This document shows, in pieces, positions 10,260 through 20,401 of a stretch of DNA of 64,000 bases. The notes beneath the pieces are model-generated. The model ran no database searches and was not told the origin of the DNA. It worked only from the letters and a program-made list of their open reading frames with translations. A program made the translations under genes and the position numbers. How positions within the stretch are numbered: position 1 is the stretch's first letter; each line of letters opens with the position of its first letter. Source of the DNA: Fidelibacterota bacterium (GTDB lineage Bacteria; Fidelibacterota; Marinisomatia; SCGC-AAA003-L08; GCA-002704045); NCBI GenBank assembly GCA_002703375.1, contig NZTO01000049.1:38901-102900 (forward strand), given 5' to 3'.

Positions 10260-11243
10260 ATGCGAGGATTGGTATTTATGGCAATTATTATGTCATCATA
10301 CAGTGATATTGTTGAGAAGCAAGATCTGTACAGCGATTTTATGGATTATTCAGCCAGGTACAACAGAACTTATCAAACGTATAGTCAATACAAAAATGCA
10401 TTTCATAGATTTTCTAAAAATATAGAATATATTAACAACAACAATTTTCCATTTAAATTAGATAGAAATGAGTATATGGATATGTCATTTGACTATTTTC
10501 ATTTGGTCAAGAAAGGATATGTAAAAAAGTTAAGCACTAGCAGTAGCAGCAGCAGTAGTTGTAGTAAATATAAGTATGAAAATAAGGAACTACCCGATTC
10601 TCTGGATTGGAGAGATGTAAATGCGGTAACTCCGGTTAAAAATCAGGGTCAATGTGGAAGTTGTTGGAGTTTTTCCGCAACCGGGGCGATGGAGGGTGCA
10701 TGGGCGATTAAAAACGAGGAGTTAGTGAGTTTGTCAGAGCAACTTTTAATGGATTGTTCTGTAGATTACGGAGACTATTCTTGTAATGGTGGAGAGATGG
10801 AATCGGCGTTTGAATTTGCGATTGATAATGGTATGTGTAGTGAAGAACAAGAGCCTTATCTAGCAAAAGATGAAGATTGTATGTACTGTAATCCGCAGAT
10901 ATATTTTAGTGATTGTGTTAGGGTAACTCCAAAGAATGAAATTCATTTAAAGGAGGCTGTTTCTAGGGGTCCGGTATCTGTAGCGATTCAAGCCGATACT
11001 AAAACATTTCAGTTTTATTCCGGGGGGATAATATCAGGAGATTCATGTGGTACGAATTTGGATCATGGAGTACTAATTGTAGGATACGGGGAAGAAGATG
11101 GGGAGAAATATTGGATAGTTAAAAACAGTTGGGGTGCATCGTGGGGGGAAAATGGTTATGTTAGAATTTCAAGAAGCGATGAAGAAAATACGCATGGTGT
11201 ATGTGGTATTGCGATGCAGCCATCTTATCCGGTGGCTTATTAA
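10260..11243 (+). CDS. Papain-family (C1A, cathepsin L-like) cysteine protease with I29 propeptide
   Basis: LPDSLDWR, QGQCGSCWSFS, DHGVLIVGYG, YWIVKNSWG; signal-like N-terminus. Confidence 0.95.
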   Translation: MRGLVFMAIIMSSYSDIVEKQDLYSDFMDYSARYNRTYQTYSQYKNAFHRFSKNIEYINNNNFPFKLDRNEYMDMSFDYFHLVKKGYVKKLSTSSSSSSSCSKYKYENKELPDSLDWRDVNAVTPVKNQGQCGSCWSFSATGAMEGAWAIKNEELVSLSEQLLMDCSVDYGDYSCNGGEMESAFEFAIDNGMCSEEQEPYLAKDEDCMYCNPQIYFSDCVRVTPKNEIHLKEAVSRGPVSVAIQADTKTFQFYSGGIISGDSCGTNLDHGVLIVGYGEEDGEKYWIVKNSWGASWGENGYVRISRSDEENTHGVCGIAMQPSYPVAY

Positions 11244-11322
11244 GTTTAGTACGTTTTTAAAACCTTCCAATGAAGAGAGATTATATATATAAAGATAATT
11301 AAGATAATTAATGTATTTATAG

Positions 11323-11613
11323 ATGAAGGATGAGGAAATAATAGGAATAATAGGATTATTAGGTTCGTTGGGTGTAGGTGCGAGTTTATTTCCACAGACA
11401 TGTAAAATATGGGAGAGCAATGATGTAGGTTCAATCTCTCCGTCATTTATAATAATAACTACATCATCTTCAGTTTTAATGCTTATATATGCTACTTATT
11501 TTTTGGTATATCCTATGATAATAGCAAATTTATCTGTGTTTGGAAATTGTTGTATTCTTTTATTTTTTTATTGTAGGACAAAAACAGGTTGTAGAACAAT
11601 GATGTGGGCATAA
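11323..11613 (+). CDS. SemiSWEET / PQ-loop three-TM transporter
   Basis: Three hydrophobic helices; FPQ..K.W..NDVGSIS and the YATYF..YPMIIAN pattern. Confidence 0.75.
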   Translation: MKDEEIIGIIGLLGSLGVGASLFPQTCKIWESNDVGSISPSFIIITTSSSVLMLIYATYFLVYPMIIANLSVFGNCCILLFFYCRTKTGCRTMMWA

Positions 11614-11616
11614 TAT

Positions 11617-11646
11617 ATAATTATTAATTTAATAATTAATAATTAT
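11617..11646. terminator. AT-rich hairpin between convergent genes
   Basis: 13-bp perfect stem ATAATTATTAATT/AATTAATAATTAT with a 4-nt loop, downstream of the MCP and PQ-loop genes; fits the Mimiviridae hairpin polyadenylation rule. Confidence 0.6.
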
Positions 11647-11679
11647 TTAAAAATTAAAAATATAAATAAGATAATAAAT

Positions 11680-13251
11680 TTAGTTGGAGTAAGCAAGACC
11701 ACCCATACCACTCATGATGCGAAGCACATTGTAGTTGACGGCGTAGATTCTTACCTTGGCGGTCATAGTGCCCTCAACGGTGGCGTTCGAGAGAACGAGT
11801 TGAAGAGTGGCGTTGTCAATGCGCGAGAAATTGCAGGTGCCCGAAGGTTGGTGCTCTTCAGGGCGGAGAGCGAACGAGTAGAGATTGACGCCGGTGTCGG
11901 GGGTGCGGGTGTGGTGTTGGAATGGTTGCACGAGGTCGAAGTAGGTACCTTCACGCTCAGAGAAGCGGTCTTGACCGTTAAGTTGGAGTTTAGCGGTAAC
12001 AACAGGATTTTGGCCCCAGCAGTGCATGTTGAGAGCAGTTTCGGCGAGAACGAAGGTGCCAGCGTCCGATACAAGGGAGCCTTGCGCGGCTCCACCACCG
12101 TCATGAAGACCGGAGGTGGCCCAGCCCTCTGTGGAGCCGGCAGGCGCGTCAGCACCGGCGTTGTCAAAGAGGCCAGAGCCGTGTATCATTGTATCGAGAG
12201 AGTCACTGTTACCGAAGGCGTGGAAAGCATTAGGAAGAGCATCGTAGGCGTCGGTGTAGTTGAATGGTTGGGCGCCTAGAAGTTTGAAAAGAGGAGTTCC
12301 TGCGTCGAGAGACGAGCAGTAGTCAACGTTTTGGTCGGGTTGTACAACCCAGACGAGTTCCTTACAAGGGTGGTTGAAGTTGAGCTTGATCTTGTTCGAG
12401 GAAGAACCAACCGACTCATCACCAGTGAATTGAAGTTGTTCGATGAGGTATTCATGGGGATTTTGAGCCATGCGACGTCTCTCGTCGGTGTCAAGGAAAA
12501 TGTAGTCTACGTATAGCGAAGCGGCGACAAGAGATTGCGAGTAGGCCGCGGTCGCCTTGGGGGTGCCGCTGGTCGAGGCGATGTCAGAGACAGCCCAAAG
12601 GCACTCATCAATAGGGCGGAGGTCAATGTTAATTTTTACCTCGTGGTATTGGAGAGCGATGAGGGGTAGCGCAAGACCAGGGTTTCTGCAGTACCAGAAT
12701 TGAAGGGGAACGTAAAGAGTGGTCTCAGGAAGAGCTTTGCGAGGAGCGCAGGTTTGGCGAGGCGCGTCCGAAGAGCAAGGGGTGTCAACCTCAGCAAAGG
12801 TGGGGTCGGTGATGTAGGTTAGCGAAGTGGTTTGTCCAACCATGTTGTGGTAGCCAACTTCTTGTTCCTTAGATTGAGTTAGAGTGTTCCAGATGTGCAT
12901 CCAGTCACCGTATTGACGGTCAATGCGTTGACCACCAATCTCAATCTCAACTTGCGAAACTAGCTGATGTCCAGGGAAATCAAGCCATCGAGCATAGTAG
13001 GCATGGTCTTGGCCAATTTCTGGTAGAGTTAGTTGCAGGTAAGTTCTGTAGGCAAGATCACCATTTCTTGAGATGGTGCAAGTCACCCGGCGACCGAAAT
13101 CAGCTTGGCCGTTGAAAGTTTGTTCGATTGCTTCCATAGCAAAGTTAGTGTGGCGTCTGTAGGTAACTTTCCAGAATGTAATTTGTGGATTGCTCGTTAG
13201 ATATACGTCTTGAGCTCCGTAAGCGACGAGTTGCATAAGTCCTCCTCCCAT
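11680..13251 (-). CDS. MCP: NCLDV major capsid protein (double jelly-roll)
   Basis: MGGGLMQLVAYGAQDVYLT...NYNVLRIMSGMGGLAYSN. Confidence 0.99.
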   Translation of the reverse strand: MGGGLMQLVAYGAQDVYLTSNPQITFWKVTYRRHTNFAMEAIEQTFNGQADFGRRVTCTISRNGDLAYRTYLQLTLPEIGQDHAYYARWLDFPGHQLVSQVEIEIGGQRIDRQYGDWMHIWNTLTQSKEQEVGYHNMVGQTTSLTYITDPTFAEVDTPCSSDAPRQTCAPRKALPETTLYVPLQFWYCRNPGLALPLIALQYHEVKINIDLRPIDECLWAVSDIASTSGTPKATAAYSQSLVAASLYVDYIFLDTDERRRMAQNPHEYLIEQLQFTGDESVGSSSNKIKLNFNHPCKELVWVVQPDQNVDYCSSLDAGTPLFKLLGAQPFNYTDAYDALPNAFHAFGNSDSLDTMIHGSGLFDNAGADAPAGSTEGWATSGLHDGGGAAQGSLVSDAGTFVLAETALNMHCWGQNPVVTAKLQLNGQDRFSEREGTYFDLVQPFQHHTRTPDTGVNLYSFALRPEEHQPSGTCNFSRIDNATLQLVLSNATVEGTMTAKVRIYAVNYNVLRIMSGMGGLAYSN

Positions 13252-13306
13252 GATTATAATATTGCTAAAGAAAAAAAAATAAAGTTTTTATTTTAATTAT
13301 TTATAT

Positions 13307-13540
13307 TTAATTTAATATAGAATTAATATCAATATTTTCCTTCATAAACCGTTTCAAATAATCGTCTGCAAGTATCTCTTTTTTACCTTCATGATTTTTC
13401 TTAAAAATATAATTTTTATCTTTTTTCGATATGGACCAACCGTTTTCCAGTGCATTATAGATAAAAATCATTTTTTTAAAATTAACATGATTAATGTTTT
13501 CCATATCTAATTTATTTAAATTTATATTTATCGTATCCAT
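13307..13540 (-). CDS. Small conserved hypothetical protein
   Basis: FIYNALENGWSI motif; lies between MCP and VLTF3. Confidence 0.65.
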   Translation of the reverse strand: MDTININLNKLDMENINHVNFKKMIFIYNALENGWSISKKDKNYIFKKNHEGKKEILADDYLKRFMKENIDINSILN

Positions 13541-13626
13541 TAATTGATTATTAGAAAAAGTAAATGAAAATTATTCTTAATTTATTAGAAATATATAAAT
13601 ATAAAAAAAAAAAAGAACTATAACAT

Positions 13627-14760
13627 ATGCCTAGTTTTAAACCAAAGACAAATAAAAAGATAAATGTTAAAGAAAAGGATACAATAACATTGGATACAAA
13701 ACACCAAGAAATCACGGAAAAATTTAAAGTAGAAAATGAAGTAGATATACCTAAACTTAAAAAAAAAATAAGATTTTTAAATAAAAAATATACAGAGAAT
13801 AATTTATCATTAGAACATAAACTTGATATTAAAGATGAAATAATCAGAATTAAAAATCAGATAAAAGATATTAAAAAGAATCAAAAGCAGTATTATTTAA
13901 AGAATTCTACTTACATTTTTAATTATTTTGAAGATAAAAAGGATATTGAAAATGGAAATACAAACACTAAAATCCTTAATTCATTTTTCAAAATAGATGA
14001 TAAAAATTCGAAAAATACAGAAGAGTTAGACCGAAATAGTAATCTATACAATTATTTAAAAAATATAGATGATAGTTTTATTAGTGTAAATAATTTTATT
14101 TTAAATACTGATATATGTAAAAGTTGTAATAAAGGAGAACTTATTCCAGTCGATCATGAGGGAATAATTGTATGTAATAATATAAAATGTGGCAAACAGT
14201 TTCCATATCTTATAGAAAATGAGAAACCATCTTATAAAGAACCTCCTAAAGAAGTATGTTTTTATGCATATAAAAGAATAAATCATTTTAGAGAGATTTT
14301 GGCGCAATTCCAAGCAAAAGAGTCTACACAAATTCCAGAAAATGTAATTCAAGATATTATTCTTCAAATGAAAAAAGAGAGAATAAACCTAGAAGCACTC
14401 AATAATAAAAGGGCTAAAGATATACTTAAAAAACTAGGATATAGCAAATATTACGAACATATTCCTTTTATTAAAGAAAAATTAGGAATTAGACCACCTA
14501 TTATGAGTCCTGAATTGGAAGATAAATTGTGTAATTTATTTATGGAAATCCAAGCACCCTATGCAAAATATTGTCCAGATGGAAGAGTTAATTTTTTAAA
14601 TTACTATTATACTATTTCTAAATTATGTGAGTTATTAGATGAAAGAGATTTTTTACCTTATTTTCCTGTATTAAAAGACCGAGAAAAAAGAATAGAACAA
14701 GATGATATTTGGAAAAAAATTTGTAAAGAACTAAATTGGAAATTTATACCAACGCTTTAA
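13627..14760 (+). CDS. VLTF3: Late transcription factor VLTF3 (poxvirus A2L-like)
   Basis: CxxC...CxxxxC zinc ribbon, YKRINHFREIL, RVNFLNYYY, QDDIWKKIC. Confidence 0.92.
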   Translation: MPSFKPKTNKKINVKEKDTITLDTKHQEITEKFKVENEVDIPKLKKKIRFLNKKYTENNLSLEHKLDIKDEIIRIKNQIKDIKKNQKQYYLKNSTYIFNYFEDKKDIENGNTNTKILNSFFKIDDKNSKNTEELDRNSNLYNYLKNIDDSFISVNNFILNTDICKSCNKGELIPVDHEGIIVCNNIKCGKQFPYLIENEKPSYKEPPKEVCFYAYKRINHFREILAQFQAKESTQIPENVIQDIILQMKKERINLEALNNKRAKDILKKLGYSKYYEHIPFIKEKLGIRPPIMSPELEDKLCNLFMEIQAPYAKYCPDGRVNFLNYYYTISKLCELLDERDFLPYFPVLKDREKRIEQDDIWKKICKELNWKFIPTL

Positions 14761-14805
14761 TGAAATAATAATTAACATATTCTATTAATTATGATTTTTT
14801 AGTTT

Positions 14806-15054
14806 TTATCGCGGAAATCCAACAAGATTGGCACCGATACCAAATCCTGCGCCCGAACGAGCAGAAGCCGCCATAGATGGAACGTAGGTGTCAAGAATAG
14901 AAAATGTGGCCGCAGCAGTAAGAGCAATTAATGCAACCTCTTCGAGTTTAAGTTTTTGTTTGGGTATTACAGAGGCAACTATACCAACCATAACACCTTC
15001 AACAAGGTATTTGATGGCTCTTTTAACTAATTCACCGAGATCCAATTGATTCAT
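14806..15054 (-). CDS. Small conserved membrane protein
   Basis: Start MNQLD at 15054; AIKYLVEG...AAATFSILD...GAGFGIGANLVGFP. Confidence 0.8.
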   Translation of the reverse strand: MNQLDLGELVKRAIKYLVEGVMVGIVASVIPKQKLKLEEVALIALTAAATFSILDTYVPSMAASARSGAGFGIGANLVGFPR

Positions 15055-15119
15055 TATAATATTTGTAAAGATAAAATATTTTTGAAAAGTATTTAAATTT
15101 AATTTAATACATAGTATTA

Positions 15120-16055
15120 ATGGAAAAAACAACTCCTAAATTAGTGGATTTATTAGAAGAAGATAATCCTCTACCCGGACAAAAATTTGTCTGTGTTTCC
15201 TTTGTTTCTCCAGAAAAAATTTTGAAGGATAAATCGTTATATTTTTTTGAAAAGTTCCTAAAGAACTGGGATTTTAGAAAATCACTTGAAAAATATAATC
15301 AGTTTACAAATTTTTTAGCATATAAATATAATTTATCATCGGAAGATGTGCAGAATGATTTAAAAGAATTTGTTAAAGAAGAACAAGAAAATTTATTAAA
15401 TGATACCATAGAAGATGAATACAAGAATTTTATCGACCTTCATGAAGAAAAAATGGAAAACGACTTTAATGCAGAAAATGATTTTAAAACCAATGTTCGC
15501 GGAGTCAAGGTTCGTGGTGTATTTGAAACTCAAAAAGAGGCAGAAATAAGATGTAAACTATTACAACAACTTGACCCTAATCATGATGTTTACGTTGGAC
15601 CTGTAGGATTATGGATGCCCTGGGAGCCAGATGCCTATAAAACTGGTCGTGTGGAACATATTGAGGACGAATTAAATCGTTTAATGCATGAAAAAGACAA
15701 AAATGAAAAAAATGCTAAAATGCATTTCGAGAAACGAGTAAAAAATGCTAAAAAAAATGCTATTGAAGAAAACAAAAAAATTGCTCTAGAAAATAACAAT
15801 AAATTAACTCAAAATATTGACGAGCATGGAAATCTTTTCAGCGTAAATCAAGGAAAAGATAATGAAGTCCCATTACATGATGTCCGGAAAGAATTATTTG
15901 ATGAAAGTAATATAAACCGCGATAGATTATTATGTGACCCTAATCATCCCAGTTTATTAGAAAGATCAAAAAGCATGCCTCTTCCTAGTACCCCCGAAGA
16001 AGAAAATGAAAAATCAAGTTCCATTGATGTAGATGCTAGTAAGAAGGTTGATTAA
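15120..16055 (+). CDS. Conserved NCLDV protein (DUF5832-like, from memory)
   Basis: GQKFVCVSFVSP, VKVRG, HDVYVGPVGLWMPW. Confidence 0.7.
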   Translation: MEKTTPKLVDLLEEDNPLPGQKFVCVSFVSPEKILKDKSLYFFEKFLKNWDFRKSLEKYNQFTNFLAYKYNLSSEDVQNDLKEFVKEEQENLLNDTIEDEYKNFIDLHEEKMENDFNAENDFKTNVRGVKVRGVFETQKEAEIRCKLLQQLDPNHDVYVGPVGLWMPWEPDAYKTGRVEHIEDELNRLMHEKDKNEKNAKMHFEKRVKNAKKNAIEENKKIALENNNKLTQNIDEHGNLFSVNQGKDNEVPLHDVRKELFDESNINRDRLLCDPNHPSLLERSKSMPLPSTPEEENEKSSSIDVDASKKVD

Positions 16056-16285
16056 CTTATTAGTTGATAATTACTTATATATTTTGTTGATATTTATTGA
16101 CAATATATATATATATATATATAAATATGAAATCATTTGAAATAAATAATGGTATGGATCATAAACTATTTATAAAATATATTTAGATAAATCAAGTGCT
16201 AGAAAAAGAGCCACTAAAAACAGTGGCCGGCATAGACGTTCTAATAAAAAATTATAGTATTAGAATTACACAATTAATAAGTTAT

Positions 16286-17128
16286 TTACCACCTGGATTT
16301 TTTAACATTAATTCTTGGCCCTGCTGATTTTTTTCTATTACTATTTGGATCATACATTTCATCTTCCTCATCCGAGTTGAGATCCTTAGATAGTTCCCAA
16401 AATTCCTTTGACCCTAACTTGAAATCACCATGTGGTTCCGCACGATACCAGAATATTTGGTCTCTTAATGAATTGCTCTTCGCATTATTATGAATAACAA
16501 GACACTCATAATTTTCTGTGCATTGATCCATAACCTGGCAGAAAGACTCAAATGTCGGAAACATTCCCGCATAGTTCTCATAGATTCTTTTACGATTTGC
16601 TATATATGGCTCCCTTAAAATAAACACATAATCAATATTTGTTCTTAAATTTGGAGGGATGCCAAGCGGGTATTGCATCGTGATTATCAACATAACTTTC
16701 CAATGACGACCGTTCATAAACAATAGACGCATCATTTTATCTTTTGTCCAACCCGCATCATATAAACAATCGTCCAAAATAACAAATGTCCGTCCATCTA
16801 TATTTGATTTTTTATATGTTTCAACTTCCCTTTTTATTTGCTTTATTACCTGTTTTTGCCTCTTTAAAATGTTCTCCACAATCGCGCTGTTATATTCATC
16901 GTGAATAAAAAGTTTTGGTACATGTTTTGAATAAAAGCCATTTCCCGCTTCCGTGCCCGATATAACAGTCCCTATAGGAATATCCTGCTGATAATATAAA
17001 ATATCTCTTACCAGATAAGATTTTCCAGTATCGCGACGACCTATTAATACGATAACTGGACCACTACTATCTTTATTCGCTTCAAATTTTATACTTTTCA
17101 TATCAAATTTTTTTAATTCAAGGGTCAT
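16286..17128 (-). CDS. A32: A32-like virion packaging ATPase
   Basis: Walker A GRRDTGKS, Walker B VILDDC, NGRH, MQYPLG; start MTLELKKF. Confidence 0.95.
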   Translation of the reverse strand: MTLELKKFDMKSIKFEANKDSSGPVIVLIGRRDTGKSYLVRDILYYQQDIPIGTVISGTEAGNGFYSKHVPKLFIHDEYNSAIVENILKRQKQVIKQIKREVETYKKSNIDGRTFVILDDCLYDAGWTKDKMMRLLFMNGRHWKVMLIITMQYPLGIPPNLRTNIDYVFILREPYIANRKRIYENYAGMFPTFESFCQVMDQCTENYECLVIHNNAKSNSLRDQIFWYRAEPHGDFKLGSKEFWELSKDLNSDEEDEMYDPNSNRKKSAGPRINVKKSRW

Positions 17129-17211
17129 AATATAAAGAAAAAATATAAAATACATAATTTAAATACGCATAATTAGTTTAAAAATAGTTAAATTAATATA
17201 TTTAAAAACCA

Positions 17212-18957
17212 ATGACTAAATTGTTAAATTATCAATATACAGAGTCTACTTTAGAGAATATAGAAGCGCTGAACATAAAAAATATGCAAAAATACAATCC
17301 AATCTATAAACAATTTTTTAAATTATGTGAAAATAATTATAATAAAATAACATTAAATCAACACTATACTTTGTCACATATTTTAGAAAAAAAATCATTT
17401 TCAAGATATTTATGTAAAGTTACCAAAAATAATGAATTTCTAGAAAAAGAAACATTTGTAAAATTCGCTCCAATTTTAGACCCTATCAAATACATGGTTG
17501 GGAAATATGATAATAAAGATAAAAACCTATTTATTCTACCAACACTATTAGATGATACTTCTAAATATGAAAAAATGTGTGATTACAATAATTGTGCATA
17601 CACCGATGGATTTTTTTCCTTTCTTGCAAGCAAATTGTTACATGAATATAAGTTTTTAAATGCCGTTGATTTTTATGGTTCATATCTAGCCAATCATAAT
17701 AATATGATGATAAATATTTATGACGATATTGAGTTTTTAAATGATTCAGATGATTTTCATAAAAATAAAAAGATTTACTTTGATGTAGACGATTGTTTTT
17801 ATGATGAAGTTTCAAACTATGATTCGAATCATAACAAAAAAAAAATAAATATTTCATCCGGAAAAAATATGGATGAAATCGAGGACATCAAAGATATCGA
17901 AGACATCAGTGCCATTGAAGCCATCGAATATCCTGTAAATGTTGAAATCGAAAATATAGTAGAAACAAGTGGAAAAGATACTTCTTATATAAATTTATCG
18001 GATCTTAGTGATTTAAGTTACAATTTCCTTGATATATCTTTAAATAATTCTAAGGAAGAAAGTGAGTGTTCTTCTATAACATGTTCATCTAGGTCATCAC
18101 ACACAGAAAATAGCAAGGAAAATGAAGAAGAAGAAGAAAAAGAAAGCGATGATTCTTGTGAAGAAAGTGATTGTGAAAGCGAAGAAGAAAAAGAAATATT
18201 TTCTTACATAAAAAATTTTCCGGTAAACGTTATATTTCTAGAGAAATGTAACCAAACCCTTGACTCCTATATGTTAAAAAATGATATGGAAGAACAGGAA
18301 TGGGAAAGTATACTTCTACAAATTATATTCACGTTAATTACCTACCAAAAAGTATTTGATTTTACACATAATGACTTACATACAAATAACATTATGTATG
18401 CTGAAACCGACAAACAATTTATATACTACACTTATAATTCTAAAACATACAAAATACCTACATATGGAAAATTGTGGAAAATTATAGATTTTGGAAGGGC
18501 AATTTTCAAATTTAATGGAAAATTGCTTGTTAGTGATAGTTTTTCAATAAAAGGTGATGCTGCAACACAATATAACTTTGGACCATATTATAATAGCAAA
18601 AAACAAAAGGTAGAACCCAATAAAAGTTTCGATTTATGTAGATTAGGCTGTTCTTTATTCGATTATTTTATAGACAATATTAAAAATATCAAAGACCGAA
18701 GCGACTGTGACAACTTACAGTGCCTGATATTAGAATGGTGCGAAGATGATAATAATAAAAATGTACTATATAAAAATAACGGAGAAGAGAGATATCCGGA
18801 ATTTAAATTATATAAAATGATATCCAGAACCGTTCATAAACACACACCAGAACGTCAATTAGATCGTATATTGTTTGATGAATATCGCGTATCAAAGAAA
18901 AAACTCAACAAAAAAGTCAAAATCATGAACATTGATGAAATTCCTTGTTTTGTTTAA
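17212..18957 (+). CDS. NCLDV Ser/Thr protein kinase with acidic insert
   Basis: FVKFAP, HNDLHTNNIM, KIIDFGRA. Confidence 0.85.
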   Translation: MTKLLNYQYTESTLENIEALNIKNMQKYNPIYKQFFKLCENNYNKITLNQHYTLSHILEKKSFSRYLCKVTKNNEFLEKETFVKFAPILDPIKYMVGKYDNKDKNLFILPTLLDDTSKYEKMCDYNNCAYTDGFFSFLASKLLHEYKFLNAVDFYGSYLANHNNMMINIYDDIEFLNDSDDFHKNKKIYFDVDDCFYDEVSNYDSNHNKKKINISSGKNMDEIEDIKDIEDISAIEAIEYPVNVEIENIVETSGKDTSYINLSDLSDLSYNFLDISLNNSKEESECSSITCSSRSSHTENSKENEEEEEKESDDSCEESDCESEEEKEIFSYIKNFPVNVIFLEKCNQTLDSYMLKNDMEEQEWESILLQIIFTLITYQKVFDFTHNDLHTNNIMYAETDKQFIYYTYNSKTYKIPTYGKLWKIIDFGRAIFKFNGKLLVSDSFSIKGDAATQYNFGPYYNSKKQKVEPNKSFDLCRLGCSLFDYFIDNIKNIKDRSDCDNLQCLILEWCEDDNNKNVLYKNNGEERYPEFKLYKMISRTVHKHTPERQLDRILFDEYRVSKKKLNKKVKIMNIDEIPCFV

Positions 18958-18990
18958 ATATATAATAGTACTTGTAATTATATATTTAAA
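18953..18990. terminator. Hairpin between convergent genes
   Basis: 14-bp perfect stem TTTAAATATATAAT/ATTATATATTTAAA with a 10-nt loop, overlapping both stop codons. Confidence 0.65.
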
Positions 18991-19252
18991 AATCCGGCTC
19001 GTTGGTAAAGGCGTTTGGAATACCACTACCAACCTCTCCAACAGAATCGCCAAACATCGAAGATATTGAAGAAATATCACCCATTTGTGAAAGTACAAAC
19101 TGTGCTCCAGAGGCCGCGAATAAAACATATATACTTTCATTCGCCAAATTTTTGAAATTGATTTCCTCCTTTTTAATTAATTTACTTTCAAATATTTTTA
19201 TCGCTAAAAATACTAAAGAAATCAAAACACTACTCACTAAAAGTTCCTTCAT
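18986..19252 (-). CDS. Small membrane protein
   Basis: Two hydrophobic segments; ends in FTNEPDF; start MKELL. Confidence 0.7.
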   Translation of the reverse strand: MKELLVSSVLISLVFLAIKIFESKLIKKEEINFKNLANESIYVLFAASGAQFVLSQMGDISSISSMFGDSVGEVGSGIPNAFTNEPDF

Positions 19253-19294
19253 TATTTTATTATCAATATAATACATTAATTTGTTTTTAACGAA

Positions 19295-20401
19295 TTATGT
19301 AAGTGTTTCTATATCTCCTAATAATGATGGTTCATCGTTCACTTCTTTACTAGATTCATCTATTGAATCTATGGAAATAACATCTCCTAAATCTAAATTA
19401 ACATCCTCTATTTTAAGTTTTTCATCGTCGTCGTTAGAAGTTGATTCTATTTCACTTATATCTAAATCATTTGAAAAACTAACACCCTGTTTTTCCGCAT
19501 CATTCAAATCCGGAACTTCCGTGACTAACACGGGTTCTTTGGGTTCTTCGGATTCTTCGGATTTTTTTGTATTTTCCGTATTTTCTGCATTTAACTCTTT
19601 TATATCCAACATTACTCCATAATTATCATCGCTAATTACAATATTATCTGTATCTTTTAGTTTAATAGAACTTTCATTATCATTCATAACCTCCTCAATC
19701 AAAAGATTGGGATTTGTCTTACTTTCTAATGACTCTTCATTAGATTTAGATTCCATATTTTCTTCAGAACCGTCAACGCTCACCATATCATCCTCTGCCG
19801 GAATAAGTTCCTCTTCAACTTCCATAGTTTCTTCTGTAACCTCGTCAAGATAAGAACGTAATATAGTTTCTATTGGAATTGTATCTCTCACGGAATTCAA
19901 AATGCACTCCTTTATAATAAGTTCAATCTCTCTATTGTGTTTTTGCATTTCTAATGGATTAATATTCTTTTGAAACAGATATATATTCGTATACAATTTT
20001 CTCGCTACTGAAATATAAATCTTATGAATAAAATCTGCTAAATTTGGTATATCTATGTCTACCTTTTTTTGATTTTGACCCACCCTTATACATGTCAATG
20101 CCTTTAATTGAATAATATGCACACATGTAATTAAATCCTCGATATATCCACATTTGCTATTTTCTTTTATACGCGAAACCTCATTTTCAACTAATTCTTT
20201 ATTCCATTTTGGTATTCTTGATAATAAATTTTGAAACGTCATTAAATATTTTTCATCCTCGTTGTTTTCTATACAAAGTTTATAAGCATCTTCATATATG
20301 GATTTAAACCCCTCGATAATAAAAGGACACAAAATAGTAACTAATCTTGCGGTCCATTCATTCCTCGATTCAGTTAAACTACTTATATTGTAATCGTCCA
20401 T
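19295..20401 (-). CDS. Conserved NCLDV protein (DUF5764-like, from memory) with acidic tail
   Basis: ESRNEW, EGFKSIY, FQNLLSRIPKWN, FIHKIYI.VARKLY. Confidence 0.7.
   Translation of the reverse strand: MDDYNISSLTESRNEWTARLVTILCPFIIEGFKSIYEDAYKLCIENNEDEKYLMTFQNLLSRIPKWNKELVENEVSRIKENSKCGYIEDLITCVHIIQLKALTCIRVGQNQKKVDIDIPNLADFIHKIYISVARKLYTNIYLFQKNINPLEMQKHNREIELIIKECILNSVRDTIPIETILRSYLDEVTEETMEVEEELIPAEDDMVSVDGSEENMESKSNEESLESKTNPNLLIEEVMNDNESSIKLKDTDNIVISDDNYGVMLDIKELNAENTENTKKSEESEEPKEPVLVTEVPDLNDAEKQGVSFSNDLDISEIESTSNDDDEKLKIEDVNLDLGDVISIDSIDESSKEVNDEPSLLGDIETLT

Noticed and set aside
11763..12516. Several alternative-frame and antisense ORFs within MCP
   Set aside because: By-product of the GC-rich codon bias of MCP; no motifs
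16103..16258. TA microsatellite followed by a short basic reading frame (DKSSARKRATKNSGRHRRSNKKL)
   Set aside because: No in-frame ATG; too short to support as a gene, possibly a remnant
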